Origin: an uncultured delta proteobacterium
Lineage (GTDB): Bacteria > Desulfobacterota > Binatia > Binatales > Binataceae
Direction: 5' to 3'
Length of the DNA: 64,000 nt
Assembly (NCBI GenBank): GCA_963724765.1
Contig: CAVRVY010000004.1
Coordinates: 32,001-96,000 of the forward strand
In this document: in pieces, positions 38,775 to 50,024 of the stretch
How positions within the stretch are numbered: position 1 is the stretch's first letter
Layout of the letters: every line of letters begins with the position of its first letter
Made by a program: the position numbers and the translations under genes
The notes under the pieces: model-generated
The model's database searches: none
What the model saw: only the letters and a program-made list of their open reading frames with translations
Told to the model about the DNA's origin: nothing

Positions 38775-39734
38775 CTAGTGCTTGAGCGCCGCGACCCGTG
38801 CCTCGACGAAATCGATCACCTTGGCCTCCAGGTTGGCGCCGTCGAGCCGATCGATTTCCTGAATCCCCGTGGGCGATGTCACGTTGACTTCGGTCAGATA
38901 GTTGCCGATGATGTCGAGCCCCACGAAATAAAGTCCGTCGCGTTTGAGGCGTGGCCGCATCATCGCGCAGATCTCGCGGTCGCGCGCGGTAATCTCGGCC
39001 TTGACGCAATTCCCGCCGACGTGGATGTTGCCGCGATTCTCGTCGTCGCGCGGCACCCGCAGCGTGCATCCCAGTGGTTCGCCGTCGAGCACGATCAACC
39101 GCTTGTCGCCGTCGCGGATTTCGGCCAGGTAGCGTTGCGCCATGATCGGACGCGACTCGAAACGGGTGACAGCTTCGAGGATCGCGTTCAAGTTGCGGTC
39201 GTCCGCCGCGGCCAGGAACACACTTTCGCCGCCGTGTCCGTCGAGCGGTTTGACGATCATCTGTCCGCCCTGCTCGGCCATGAATTTTTTGAGTCGCGCG
39301 AGGTCCTGGCTCACCAGCGTAGGCGGTATCGCGTTGGGGAAATTCAGCGCGTAGAGCTTTTCGTTGGCCTCGCGCAGGCCCGCGGGCTCGTTAAGCACGA
39401 ACGTGCGCCGGCGGTCGGCCAGGCTGAGCAGCATCGTGGCGAACAGGTAGGGCGCGTCGGCGGGCGGGTCCTTGCGCATGAAAATCGCGTCGAATGCTTC
39501 GAGCGGGTAGTCGGCGCCGTCGTCGACAAAGCGGTAATGCGCCGTCCCGCGCATCACCGTGCAGCGCCGCGCCCCGGCAAAGGCGTGACTGCCGATCGCG
39601 TAGAGGTCGTGCAGCGCGACAAAGTAGGCCTGATGCCCGCGGCCGATCGCCTCCAGCATGAAGGCGAAGGTGGTGTCCTTGTCGGGCAGCACCTTCTCCA
39701 ACGGGTCCATCACGAAGGCGAATTTGTAAGCCAC
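38775..39734 (-). CDS. gshB: Glutathione synthetase
   Basis: FVMDP, MRKDPP, NEKL, GDKR, EVNVTSPTG. Confidence 0.96.
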   Translation of the reverse strand: MAYKFAFVMDPLEKVLPDKDTTFAFMLEAIGRGHQAYFVALHDLYAIGSHAFAGARRCTVMRGTAHYRFVDDGADYPLEAFDAIFMRKDPPADAPYLFATMLLSLADRRRTFVLNEPAGLREANEKLYALNFPNAIPPTLVSQDLARLKKFMAEQGGQMIVKPLDGHGGESVFLAAADDRNLNAILEAVTRFESRPIMAQRYLAEIRDGDKRLIVLDGEPLGCTLRVPRDDENRGNIHVGGNCVKAEITARDREICAMMRPRLKRDGLYFVGLDIIGNYLTEVNVTSPTGIQEIDRLDGANLEAKVIDFVEARVAALKH

Positions 39735-39737
39735 CGA

Positions 39738-40502
39738 TCAGTCTTCTCCGCCAACTGCTCCATCAAGTTCGTCGAGCGCGCCGGCTGCGATGCTGAGCGC
39801 GGCGAGCGCCGCGGTCTCGCTGCGCAGTCGCCGCCCACCCAGTCCCGCGGGGAGGAAACCGGCCGCGCGCACTGTCGCCAGCTCCTCGTCCGTAAAATCG
39901 CCCTCCGGCCCGCAGAGCAGCAGCAGCGCGCGCTTGCGGGCCTCGCGCAAGATCGCGCTCAAAGCCGGCGCGCCCGCGCTCAGAACCACGCAAAGCCTGC
40001 CCTCGTTGAGCCGCCGGATCAAGTCTCCCAGCTTAAGCGGCGCGATGACCTCGGTTGGACGCGGCGCCAGGCTCTGCTTGGCCGCCGCGGTCGCGAGCCG
40101 GCGCCATCGCGCGAGCCGCTCGCCGCCGACCTCGCGCACGACCCCTCGCTCGCACAGCACCGGCCATAGTTCCGCCGCACCCAGTTCGGCGGCCTTCTCG
40201 ACCAGGAAATCCATCCGCGGCCCCTTGATCACCGCCGCGGCCAGGACAAGGCCTGCGGTGGCTTGCGGGCGCGAGCGCTGCGCGGCGGCGATTTCGACCA
40301 CCGCGTGCCGCGCCTGGAAACTGCGGATCGTGCCCGCGTACTCCGCGCCGCACTCGTCGAACAGCGCGACCTCGGCTCCGGGCGCGAGGCGCATCACGTC
40401 GCGCATATGATGAAGTTCCGCGCCGCCGACCAGCGCGACCGCACCCTCGATCGTCGCCGACGATATCGCAAACCTCATCGGCAACCTGGCCGCCCGCTTC
40501 AT
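39738..40502 (-). CDS. rsmE: 16S rRNA m3U1498 methyltransferase
   Basis: HMRDVMR, EKAAELG, GPEGDF, LRSETAA; ATGA overlap with prmA. Confidence 0.92.
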   Translation of the reverse strand: MKRAARLPMRFAISSATIEGAVALVGGAELHHMRDVMRLAPGAEVALFDECGAEYAGTIRSFQARHAVVEIAAAQRSRPQATAGLVLAAAVIKGPRMDFLVEKAAELGAAELWPVLCERGVVREVGGERLARWRRLATAAAKQSLAPRPTEVIAPLKLGDLIRRLNEGRLCVVLSAGAPALSAILREARKRALLLLCGPEGDFTDEELATVRAAGFLPAGLGGRRLRSETAALAALSIAAGALDELDGAVGGED

Positions 40503-41410
40503 CGCGTCAGCACCAGCGTGCTCCATCCGCGATCGCGCCGCATGGAGAGGCATCGCAGGCGCGGCCCGTAACTGCTGAGCACCGCGGCCGCCTCGCGATT
40601 GAGGATTCCGCCCAGCACCAGGCGGCCGCGGCGCGCCAGCAGCCGCGTCAGCGCGCTCCCCATCGCGATCAAAGTTGAGCTAAGGATGTTGGCCGTGATC
40701 AGGTCGAAGCGCCGGCGCAGCCGCGCCAGCGGCGTGGTGGCGAAACGGATTTTACCGCCGGCGAGCGAATTGAGCGCCGCGTTCTCGCGCGCGTTCTCCA
40801 GCGCCAGCGCGTCGATATCGATCGCGCTCACCTCCGCGACGCCCATCAGGCGCATCGCAATCGCGAGCACACCCGAGCCCGTGCCGACGTCGAGCGCCTG
40901 CTCAAAGTGCCGCGTTGCGCAAAGCTTCTCGAGCGTCGCGAGTGCGCCATAGGTCGTAGGATGATGCCCGGTGCCAAAGGCCTGTCCGGGATTGATCACC
41001 AGCCTCAGGCGGCGCGTAGCAACATTGGAGTTCCATGGCGGAACGATCAGCAGGCGGCGTCCCACCGGCAGCGGCTCGAAACGATCCATCCATGCGGTCG
41101 CCCATCCAGGATCCGCGATGAGCTGGCGAGGCGGCGTCGAGCCGGGACGCGCGAGCATTCCGGCCGCCGCCATCGCACGCCGAATCGTCGCGAGCCCCGG
41201 GCGGCTTAGCCGCTCGAAATACGCCTTTAGTTCCAGCGTCGCGTGGCGATGCGCGCTGCGATGGTCGCCGCCGACCGCGCATCCCAGCGCTCCTTGCGCG
41301 ACCAGCACCGCGGCCGCATCGTCGACCATCGCGGCCGGAATCGCGAAAGCGACTTGCACGTATTTGCGGGCGGCAAGTGTGGCGATATTGGTATTAGCGA
41401 TACGGGTCAT
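40499..41410 (-). CDS. prmA: Ribosomal protein L11 methyltransferase
   Basis: PGQAFGTGHHPTT, DVGTGSGVL, ANIL. Confidence 0.92.
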   Translation of the reverse strand: MTRIANTNIATLAARKYVQVAFAIPAAMVDDAAAVLVAQGALGCAVGGDHRSAHRHATLELKAYFERLSRPGLATIRRAMAAAGMLARPGSTPPRQLIADPGWATAWMDRFEPLPVGRRLLIVPPWNSNVATRRLRLVINPGQAFGTGHHPTTYGALATLEKLCATRHFEQALDVGTGSGVLAIAMRLMGVAEVSAIDIDALALENARENAALNSLAGGKIRFATTPLARLRRRFDLITANILSSTLIAMGSALTRLLARRGRLVLGGILNREAAAVLSSYGPRLRCLSMRRDRGWSTLVLTR

Positions 41411-41583
41411 CGTACTTAGCCTCAAGCATAGGGGTCGTCGCGCGGCTTGACGAGTGGGGGAACTGCCGGTCAAGAGCACTGCCTGTGGAGAGGAGGCGCG
41501 GGCGGATTTGCCCGTCACGATGCGCCGCGGATAAACTCGTTTGCAATGAAGGCGGCTTGGCTGGGTCTGTGGTGGCGCATACG

Positions 41584-42309
41584 ATGCTGACGATCGCGCA
41601 TCGGGGAGCCAGCGCTTTTTATCCTGAAAACACCCTGCGCGCATTCATCGCCGCCGCCGACATCGGCGCCGATATGTGCGAGTTCGACGTGCGGATGACT
41701 CGCGATGGCGAAGTCGTGGTGATTCATGATGCTACCGTTAACCGCACTACAGACGGGCGCGGCCCGGTCGCCGCGATGAGCGCGGCGGCGATCAAACGTT
41801 TGGACGCCGGAGTGCGCTTCGGCGCGAAATTTCGCGGCGAGCGCATCCCAATGCTTGCGGAAGTCACCCAAGCGCTCGCCGGACGATGTGGCCGACCATG
41901 TGGGCGACGATGTGGGATGGACGTGGAACTCAAGACGCGCGGTCTCGAGACGCGCGTGTGCGAAATCATTCGCGGGTGCGGCGCGCTTGAAAGCGCAATA
42001 GTATCGAGCTTCGATTGGGATCAGCTCAAGATAGTGGCTGAGGCAGAGCCGGCGATGCGCCTGGCGCTGCTCGGCGAGAAAGCTCCGGCCGCGATGCTCG
42101 ACGCCGCCTTTGCGATGCATGCCTTCGCGATCGCGCCGCGATTCGATATTGCGGACGCCGCGCTTTGCGCCGAGGCACATCGCCGCGGCCTTGCGGTTTA
42201 CGTATGGACGGTCGACGACGTACCCGCGATACGCCGGCTCGCCGCCGCCGGCGTTGATGGAATCATGACCAACAACCCCAAGCGGCTTCGCGAGGTAGTG
42301 GCGGCCTGA
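41584..42309 (+). CDS. Glycerophosphodiester phosphodiesterase
   Basis: IAHRGAS, PENT, EFDV, VIHD, WTVD. Confidence 0.92.
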   Translation: MLTIAHRGASAFYPENTLRAFIAAADIGADMCEFDVRMTRDGEVVVIHDATVNRTTDGRGPVAAMSAAAIKRLDAGVRFGAKFRGERIPMLAEVTQALAGRCGRPCGRRCGMDVELKTRGLETRVCEIIRGCGALESAIVSSFDWDQLKIVAEAEPAMRLALLGEKAPAAMLDAAFAMHAFAIAPRFDIADAALCAEAHRRGLAVYVWTVDDVPAIRRLAAAGVDGIMTNNPKRLREVVAA

Positions 42310-44069
42310 TGGCCCGTTTCTCCGACGACAAGCTCGAAGAGGTCCGCACCCGCGCGGACATCGTCGAGGTGATCGGCGCGCACGTGCGGCTCAAGCGCGC
42401 CGGACGCAACTTCGTCGGGCTTTGCCCGTTCCACAACGAAAAAACGCCGTCGTTTTCGGTCAACCCGGAGCGCGGATTTTTTCATTGTTTCGGCTGCGGC
42501 GCGGGCGGAACCGTGTTCAACTTCGTGATGCGGACCGAGGGACTGAACTTTCCCGAGGCGATCGAGTCGCTCGCGCGCCGCTATGGCGTGACGCTGCCCG
42601 AGCGCGGTGGCGAAGCTGGGCCCGGCGCGGGCGAGCGCGAGGCCGCCTTGCGCGCCAATCAGACCGCGGCCGATTTTTTCGTCCACGTCTTGTGGAAAAC
42701 GCCCGACGGTGCCGCGGCCCGCGACTACCTGGCCGCGCGCGGGGTGGCGGCAGAGACCGCGCGCACGTTCGGGCTTGGATTCGCGCCCGAGCGGCCGGCC
42801 AACCTTGCGCGCGCGCTGGATAAGCGTGGATTGCTGGCGGCGGCGGTGCGTCTGGGCCTGGTCAAGCAGGACGGCGCGGGAACGCGCGACATGTTTCGCG
42901 GACGGTTGATGTTCCCGATTCGCGACGGGCAAGGCCGGGTGCTCGCATTCGGCGGCCGAGTGCTCGATCAGCGCCTACCGAAATACATCAACTCGCCTGA
43001 ATCGCCGCTCTACTCCAAGTCGCGCAATGTCTACGGTTTGTATGAGGCGCGCGCGGCGATCGCCAGCGCCGACCGCGCGATCGTGGTCGAGGGTTACCTC
43101 GACGCGATCGCGGTGTGGCAGGCGGGCTTCAAGGAGACGGTCGCGAGCCTCGGCACGGCGCTGACGGTCGATCAACTCCGGCTGGTTGGACGCCATACGC
43201 GCAACGTGCTGGCCTGCTTCGACGGCGACGCGGCGGGGCGCAAGGCCTCGCTGCGAGCGCTCGAGATTTTTCTCGCGGCTGGGCTGCTGGGGCGGGGAAT
43301 TTTCATCCCGCCCGGCTTCGATCCCGATACTTTCATCAAGGAACGCGGCGCGCAGGCGTTCGCGGAACTTATCGCGTCGGCGAATTTGCTAGTCGATTAT
43401 TTCCTTGCCGAGCAAGCGGCGGCAGCGCGCGGATCGCTGGAAGCGCGCGCGCGCGCCGCCGCGACGGTGGCTGAGGTCCTGAAGGCCGTACACAACGCGT
43501 TCGAGTTCGACCTGCTGGCGCGCAAGGCCGCCGACGCGCTGGGCGTCGGCGAGGAGCTGCTGCGCGCCGAGGCGCACCGTCCGGCGCGCGGCGGCGCGGT
43601 TGGCGCCGAGGCGCGCGGAACGAAAGAAGCGCAGCGGCCGACCTCGTCGGCCGGCGCGGGCGACGGCGCGACGGCCGCCGAAGTCGGGCTGCTCGCCATA
43701 GCGCTGCTGCATCCGGAGTTGCGCGGCGAGATCGCCGCGCACGCCGCGCTGCTCGAGGACGCGGCCATCGCCGCGGTGCTCGGCGAAGTGTGCGCATCGC
43801 AGGAACCGGCCGCCGTGCTCGAAATGCGCGTCGCCGAGCGGCTCGGCGACGCGCAGCGCTCGCGGCTGAGCGCGCTCGCCGTCGGGCCGCTGATCGAAAC
43901 GGCGGCGCAAGCGCGCGCGCTCGCGCGCGATTTCGCCGAGGCGCTCGCGCGCCGGCGTCAGCAGCGCGCGATGGAGACCACGCGCCGGGCCGCTGCGAGT
44001 GCGGGCAGCGATGATGAAGCGATGGCGGCCGCGCAGCAGATGATTGCACTTCGGCGGCGTGGAGGATGA
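42309..44069 (+). CDS. dnaG: DNA primase
   Basis: CPFHNEKTPS...CFGC zinc finger, KYINSPE, EGYLD, FDGD Toprim motifs. Confidence 0.97.
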   Translation: MARFSDDKLEEVRTRADIVEVIGAHVRLKRAGRNFVGLCPFHNEKTPSFSVNPERGFFHCFGCGAGGTVFNFVMRTEGLNFPEAIESLARRYGVTLPERGGEAGPGAGEREAALRANQTAADFFVHVLWKTPDGAAARDYLAARGVAAETARTFGLGFAPERPANLARALDKRGLLAAAVRLGLVKQDGAGTRDMFRGRLMFPIRDGQGRVLAFGGRVLDQRLPKYINSPESPLYSKSRNVYGLYEARAAIASADRAIVVEGYLDAIAVWQAGFKETVASLGTALTVDQLRLVGRHTRNVLACFDGDAAGRKASLRALEIFLAAGLLGRGIFIPPGFDPDTFIKERGAQAFAELIASANLLVDYFLAEQAAAARGSLEARARAAATVAEVLKAVHNAFEFDLLARKAADALGVGEELLRAEAHRPARGGAVGAEARGTKEAQRPTSSAGAGDGATAAEVGLLAIALLHPELRGEIAAHAALLEDAAIAAVLGEVCASQEPAAVLEMRVAERLGDAQRSRLSALAVGPLIETAAQARALARDFAEALARRRQQRAMETTRRAAASAGSDDEAMAAAQQMIALRRRGG

Positions 44070-44096
44070 CGCGGAGGATGAGATCATGTGGAGAAC

Positions 44097-44138
44097 GAGA
44101 TGTGGATGATGAGATGTGGATGATGAGATGTGGATGAC
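44097..44138. repeat. 14-bp tandem repeat x3
   Basis: GAGATGTGGATGAT unit. Confidence 0.85.
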
Positions 44139-44265
44139 GAGGACGAGCGGCGCAGCGGCGCGCGTGAAAGCGTTGCATCGCGCTAGTCAAGTATAATGAT
44201 GCCGGGGACTCTTTAATTTGTGACGCGAAACTTGGTACGATGGTGATTGCACGATGCGCTCGCGA

Positions 44266-44341
44266 GGGCCCATAGCTCAGTCCGGTTTAGAGCTGCCGGC
44301 TCATAACCGGCTGGTCCCAGGTTCAAATCCTGGTGGGCCCA
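44266..44341 (+). tRNA. tRNA with CAT anticodon, probably Ile2 (lysidine)
   Basis: GGGCCCA/TGGGCCC acceptor, CTCATAA loop, no initiator features; CCA not encoded. Confidence 0.9.
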
Positions 44342-44451
44342 TATCATCAACAAGTGAGAAGATTTTTTGGCCGAAGCGAGCAATGCGCGCGATAGTCCTT
44401 GTGGGCGCGCATCACAGCGCATGAATCGGCCGACAGCAAACGGAGGCAGAA

Positions 44452-45156
44452 TTGCGTGAAGAGATAGCCCGGTTAATGAGTTTGCAGACCATCGACCGGC
44501 AGTTGCACGAGCTCGGGCAATCATTGTCTTCGGTCGCGGAGCGCGTCGAGCAGCTCCGCGGCGAGATCGAAACCTCTCAGGCCGAACTAGACCGACTCAC
44601 CGAGGAAGACCAGCAGGCGGCGACAGCGCGCCGCCTGCTCGAACGCGAACTCGCTGATGGTGAGGCGCAGATCCGCAACAAGCGGATGCGCTTGAACCTG
44701 GTGCGCAACGACAAGGAGTTGCAGGCGCTCGGCCACGAGGTCGAGTCGCTCAAGGAAAACAACCAGCGCCTGGAAAGCGAAGTGCTGGCCTCGATGCAGG
44801 CGGCCGAGCCGCGCACCCCGCGAATAAAGGAATTGACCGAACTCATCGCGGGTAAGCGCACGGAGCTCAAGGCGGCCGAGAAAGAGATCGCGGCCGAGGT
44901 CGAGGAGCTGAAGATGTCGATTCAGCGTCAGCGCGTCGAGCGCGACCGCGCGGCCGCTTCGATCGACGACGTGCTGCTGCAGCGCTACCAGATGATCTTC
45001 AGCCGGCGCGGCGGGCTCGCGGTCGCGATGGCGAGGTCAGGCACCTGCCAGGGCTGCCGGATGCGGCTGCCGCCACAGCTCTACAACGAGATCCAGAAAC
45101 ATCTTCAGATCCACTTCTGCCCCAACTGCCAGCGCATCCTCTACTACGAGGGCTGA
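44452..45156 (+). CDS. Coiled-coil C4 zinc-ribbon protein
   Basis: LQTID, long coiled coil, CQGC...CPNCQRIL. Confidence 0.9.
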   Translation: MREEIARLMSLQTIDRQLHELGQSLSSVAERVEQLRGEIETSQAELDRLTEEDQQAATARRLLERELADGEAQIRNKRMRLNLVRNDKELQALGHEVESLKENNQRLESEVLASMQAAEPRTPRIKELTELIAGKRTELKAAEKEIAAEVEELKMSIQRQRVERDRAAASIDDVLLQRYQMIFSRRGGLAVAMARSGTCQGCRMRLPPQLYNEIQKHLQIHFCPNCQRILYYEG

Positions 45157-45223
45157 TCCGTCAGCTCTGGGCCGGATTTGGGCGTGGCGGCCGTATCGCG
45201 CAGCCGTGCTAAGATCGCCGCTG

Positions 45224-45552
<329 letters not shown>

Positions 45553-45561
<9 letters not shown>

Positions 45562-46821
45562 CATTCGACCAATTTCGCCGTCTGACTTTTTGCCGTCGCG
45601 CAGACCGCGCCTGAGCGGCGCGCGCCCCTTGGGCGCCGCGGCGGCGTTCGCGCCGCGCGCCGATCGCGCCACAATCGCCTGCGGCGTGACCAGAAAATTC
45701 GCGAGCCGACCCAGCGCGGCGAGGCTGGGAGTGCCCGGCCGGATTTCCGGCGCGAACGCGACCTTCACGCGCGGCGGCAATCCCTCGACGAAGCGGCTCA
45801 CGCGACAGATATCCTCCTCGGCGCACGCCCGATAGGTCTCCAGGTAGGCTAGCGCCGCGGCCACGCCGTCATCGACGGCGCCATCCGCCTCCAGCGCCGC
45901 CCTAAGCCGGTGAATTTCATCGAGCGCACCGTCGTGTATGGATTCGCGGCAGATCGCTTCGTCGAGAAAGCGGTTGATCACGATCGCGCCGAGATGAAGC
46001 CCCTCGGACTCCATCTTGTCGATAACCTTGCGCGCCTGGCGCAGCCGATCGGGCTCGGCGGTGGTGACCAGTACGAAACGCACGGCAGGCGAGCGCAGCA
46101 GCGCGGAGACCTTTCGCATCCGGGCGGCGATCCGTTCCGCCGCGCCGGCGGTGGCGGCAAAGAAGTCTGCGATGGAAGAGAGCGTGTGGCCGCCGGCGAA
46201 GCGCTCCAACTCACGCGCGACGTAGCTCGTGATGCGCCCGGCCAGCCTGAGCGCCAGCGAAGCCGGCCGCCCCGCCGGCTTGAGCAGCCATCGCGCCGCC
46301 TGCGAGTCGAGCAGCCGTATCAGACGCGCCGGCGCCTGCACGAACTCAAAGGCTTGCGCGGCGGGGGGAGTATCAACGACCTCGAGATCGAAATGGCCCG
46401 CGACGTGAAGATCGTGGAGCGCCTCCAGCGCGGCGTAGGCGTCGGAGCCGGCGAACCGGGTGCTGAGACTCTGATAAAAGGCGTTGTCGAAAATGCGCTT
46501 GCGGATGGCCGGGTCGGTCACGTGCTCGGCCACCATCGCGTCCCATTCGCCCTTCACGTCGAGCACCATCGCGCTGAGCTTGAGCGCGGGATCGAGACCG
46601 GCGGCACGCAGGCGGCGCGCGTCGATCCGCGTCTGCTTGCCGCCCAGGCGCGCCAATCCAAGCGCTTCGCGCAGCCGGCGCGCCGGGTCGACCGTGATGA
46701 CCGCGGTGCGCAGATGGGTGGCCGCGGCGGCGAGGCCTAGGGCGGCGGCGATAGTGGTTTTGCCAACTCCGCCGGAGCCCAGGACGACCAGGACGGAGCG
46801 CGGTTTGAGCAATTCCTTCAC
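45553..46821 (-). CDS. ArsA/GET3-family ATPase
   Basis: GSGGVGKTT, TVDPARRL, VVDTPP. Confidence 0.88.
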
Positions 46822-46904
46822 GGGTTGCGGCGCGTCCGCAGAGCACCGCGGACGTCACGCGCCAAAATAGCAGAACCCACTGATGCAACGCGCTATGCAC
46901 GAAG

Positions 46905-46954
46905 CTGTGCGAACGGAACCTGTGCGAACGGAACCTGTGCGAACGGAACCTGTG
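46905..46954. repeat. 15-bp tandem repeat x3.3
   Basis: CTGTGCGAACGGAAC unit. Confidence 0.9.
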
Positions 46955-47055
46955 GATGACGTTTCCAGGTCTAATTGGACGCCGGTGCGGCGCGGCGGAT
47001 ATTATCATCAAGGCTGCGCCGGCGTGGGGGCTCAGCACCTGGGGGAGGGTAGCGC

Positions 47056-48267
47056 ATGGAATTGCTGGCGGCTGTGATCGTGGCGATGGCGGTGGGTGCG
47101 ATAGTCGCCTGGCTTGCCGCCGCCCGCCGCTGGGAAGGCAAGGTGCGCGAGGCCGAAGTGCGGATGGAGGAGCGCGAGCGTGGCTTCTCCGAGCAGAAGG
47201 CGCTGCTCGAAAGCTCGGAGCGCAAGCTCGCCGACACCTTCAAGTCGCTCGCGGCCGACGCGCTGGAGGCCGCCAACCACAGTTTCCTGACGCTCGCCGA
47301 TCAAAAGCTCGGCTCGGTGGTCGGTCCGGTAAACGAATCGCTGGGCAAGCTCGACCGCGAAATCCGCGAAATTGAGGGGGCGCGCCGCCAGGCCTACGGC
47401 GCGCTCGGCGAGCAGATAAGTTCTCTCATCACCGCGCAGAAGGAGTTGCGCTCGGAGGCTTCCAACCTCTCGCGCGCACTGCGTGCGCCGTCGGTGCGCG
47501 GGCGCTGGGGCGAGATTCAGCTCAAACGGGTGGTCGAAATGGCCGGAATGCTGGAGCGCTGCGATTTTTTCCAACAGGACAGCGCGGCCGGCGACGACGG
47601 CAAGCTGCGCCCCGACTTGCGCGTGCAGTTGCCCGGCGCCAAGAACATCATCGTCGACGCCAAGGTTCCGCTGCAGGCCTACCTCGAAGCGCTCGAAGCG
47701 CCGACCGAGGAAGCGCGCCAGGAAAAGCTCAAACAGCACGCGCAGCAAGTGCGCGCGCACATGATTGCGCTCGGCTCCAAGAACTACTGGGACCAGTTTC
47801 AGCCCACGCCCGAGTTCGTGATCCTGTTTTTGCCGGGCGAGCCGTTCTTCAGCGCCGCGTTGGAGCAGGACCCCTCTCTGATCGAGCAGGGCGTCGCGCA
47901 GCGCGTGATTCTCGCTACACCGACGACGCTGATTTCGCTCTTGCGCGCGGTGTCCTATGGATGGCGCCAGGAGCAGTTGGCGGAAAATGCGCAACGCATC
48001 AGCGAGATGGCGCGCGAGCTCGCAGACCGGTTCGCCACGATGGTCGAGCACCTACGGCGCGTCGGCACTTCGTTGAAGTCATCGGTGGGCGCGTTCAACG
48101 ACGCGGTGGGATCGTTCGAGGGCCGCGTGATGCCGTGGGCGCGCCGCTTTCGCGAACTTGGTGTGGTCGGCAAGAAGGAGTTGGGCGAACTCGAGAAGAT
48201 CGACCTCGTGCCGCGCGAACCGGCCACCGCCCTGGAGGAGCGGCCCGAGACGGCCGCGGCGAAGTAA
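47056..48267 (+). CDS. rmuC: DNA recombination protein RmuC
   Basis: RGRWGEIQL, RPD, VDAKVPL, TPTTL. Confidence 0.94.
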   Translation: MELLAAVIVAMAVGAIVAWLAAARRWEGKVREAEVRMEERERGFSEQKALLESSERKLADTFKSLAADALEAANHSFLTLADQKLGSVVGPVNESLGKLDREIREIEGARRQAYGALGEQISSLITAQKELRSEASNLSRALRAPSVRGRWGEIQLKRVVEMAGMLERCDFFQQDSAAGDDGKLRPDLRVQLPGAKNIIVDAKVPLQAYLEALEAPTEEARQEKLKQHAQQVRAHMIALGSKNYWDQFQPTPEFVILFLPGEPFFSAALEQDPSLIEQGVAQRVILATPTTLISLLRAVSYGWRQEQLAENAQRISEMARELADRFATMVEHLRRVGTSLKSSVGAFNDAVGSFEGRVMPWARRFRELGVVGKKELGELEKIDLVPREPATALEERPETAAAK

Positions 48268-48286
48268 TGTGGCGCGCGCGCAAGGG

Positions 48287-49501
48287 CTAAGGCGGCTGTT
48301 CCATGTTGGAGGGCGGGGGCGGCTTGAGCTGGCTGCGCTCGTGGCCTTCGGCGATCCAGGCCTCGACCTCGCGCCGTTCGTGGGTCAGGAAGTTGGCGAT
48401 CGCGCGGCGCAAGCCGTCGTGCGCGATGTAGTGGGCGCTATGCGTGAGCGCGGGGTCGAAGCCGCGCAGCCACTTGTACTCGCCGCCGGCGCCCGGCTCG
48501 AAGCGCGCGATTCCGTTGGCGATGCAATGCTCGATGGCCGCGTAGTAGCAGACGTTGAAGTGCAGGTACTTCAGGTCTTCGAAGCATCCCCAGTAACGCC
48601 CGTAGAGCACGCCGGACTTCTGCAGGTTGAAGGTCCCGGCCACCAGCTTGCGACCGCGATAAGCGCAGACCAGGCAGACGTAGCGCTTGAAACGCTCGCG
48701 CATCTCAGTGAAGAACTCGCGCGTCAGGTAACGGCGGCCCCAGTAAAGTTTCTCGATCGTGGAGAGGTAGAGATCGAACATCGGGCCGAAGATGGTGTCA
48801 GGAATATCCTCGCCCGCGTGCACCTTGATGGTCACGCCCTGGGCGGTCAGCGCGGCCCGCTCGTGGCGTACGGCGTAGCGGCGCTTGCTCTTGAGCGCTC
48901 CCAGGTAGTCGTCGAAAGTGGCGAAGCCGGTGTTGCGCCAATGATATTGATAGCCGAGGCGTTCCAGGAAACCGAGATCGCGCAGCGCCGCCGCCTCGTC
49001 GGCGAGGCAGAAGTTGACATGCACCGAGGAGAGCTTGTTGTCCGCGCAGAGCTGGGTCAGCGCGCGTCCCAGCGCTGCGACCAACGGCGCGCGCGCGATA
49101 CCGGGCGCGGTGAGAAAGCGTCGTCCGCCATGCGGCGTAAACGGAACTCCCGCCAGCAGCTTGGGATAGTAGCGAATGCCGCTGCGCTCGGCCGCGTCAG
49201 CCCATCCCTGGTCGAACACGAACTCGCCCATGCTGTGCCCCTTGAGGTAGAGCGGGCAGGCCGCGATGAGCGTTTTGCCGCGATGGATCGTCAAGTGGCA
49301 CGGGCCCCATCCGCTGGCCCGCACCGCACTCCTGGAGTTCTCCATCGCGAACAGCCAGTCCCAATCGACGAAGGGGCTGTCGTCCTCGGCCAGCAGCGCG
49401 TTCCAGTCCTCGCGAGCGATGCGATCGATTCCTTCGACGACGACGACTTCGATCGTCGCCGCATCCGGACTCGCTTGGCGAACCGTCGTGCCCTTGGCCA
49501 T
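48287..49501 (-). CDS. FemAB-like GNAT protein (DUF482 type)
   Basis: KGHSMGEFVFD, YYPKL, YGRYWG, LHFNVCYY. Confidence 0.88.
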   Translation of the reverse strand: MAKGTTVRQASPDAATIEVVVVEGIDRIAREDWNALLAEDDSPFVDWDWLFAMENSRSAVRASGWGPCHLTIHRGKTLIAACPLYLKGHSMGEFVFDQGWADAAERSGIRYYPKLLAGVPFTPHGGRRFLTAPGIARAPLVAALGRALTQLCADNKLSSVHVNFCLADEAAALRDLGFLERLGYQYHWRNTGFATFDDYLGALKSKRRYAVRHERAALTAQGVTIKVHAGEDIPDTIFGPMFDLYLSTIEKLYWGRRYLTREFFTEMRERFKRYVCLVCAYRGRKLVAGTFNLQKSGVLYGRYWGCFEDLKYLHFNVCYYAAIEHCIANGIARFEPGAGGEYKWLRGFDPALTHSAHYIAHDGLRRAIANFLTHERREVEAWIAEGHERSQLKPPPPSNMEQPP

Positions 49502-49628
49502 CGTGTCCTTGTGGTCGTGCCGTGCCATCGGAGCTATGGGCGAGCTTAGCCGTGCCGGAAGCCGCCGCAAAGGGGCTCGCGTCCGGCGCTCCCATGAGCA
49601 TGCGCCGATTTGCTATTCTATATGAGAG

Positions 49629-50024
49629 ATGAGCGACGAAGTTTTACGGCGAGCAGTGCGAGCGCGCAAGCGCGAAGACAAGCACGACGATGATGGCGTC
49701 GGCGGCGGCGCCCGTCCGCCCGATGGCGACACGGTCGTCGAGCGGCGCACGCGGCCCGAGACCCGCACCAAAAAGCCGCCGATGTACAAGGTCGTTCTGC
49801 TCAACGACGACTACACTCCGATGGAGTTCGTGGTCGAGATATTGAAGGTTGTGTTTCATAAGCAGCACGCCGAGGCGACCAGGATCATGCTGCACGTGCA
49901 TCAGAACGGGATGGGCGTGGCGGGCGTGTTTCCGTACGAGATCGCCGAAACCAAGGTGCGCACCGTGGACGAACTGGCGCGCCAGAGCGAATTCCCGCTG
50001 AAATGCGTGATGGAGAAAGCTTAG
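49629..50024 (+). CDS. clpS: Clp protease adaptor ClpS
   Basis: [16 protein letters not shown]. Confidence 0.96.
   Translation: MSDEVLRRAVRARKREDKHDDDGVGGGARPPDGDTVVERRTRPETRTKKPPMYKVVLLNDDYTPMEFVVEILKVVFHKQHAEATRIMLHVHQNGMGVAGVFPYEIAETKVRTVDELARQSEFPLKCVMEKA

Noticed and set aside
38592-40169. Long plus-strand ORF and other long shadow ORFs (e.g. 50076..52286, 14556..15881, 48158..49549)
   Set aside because: Antisense to well-supported genes; typical high-GC artefacts
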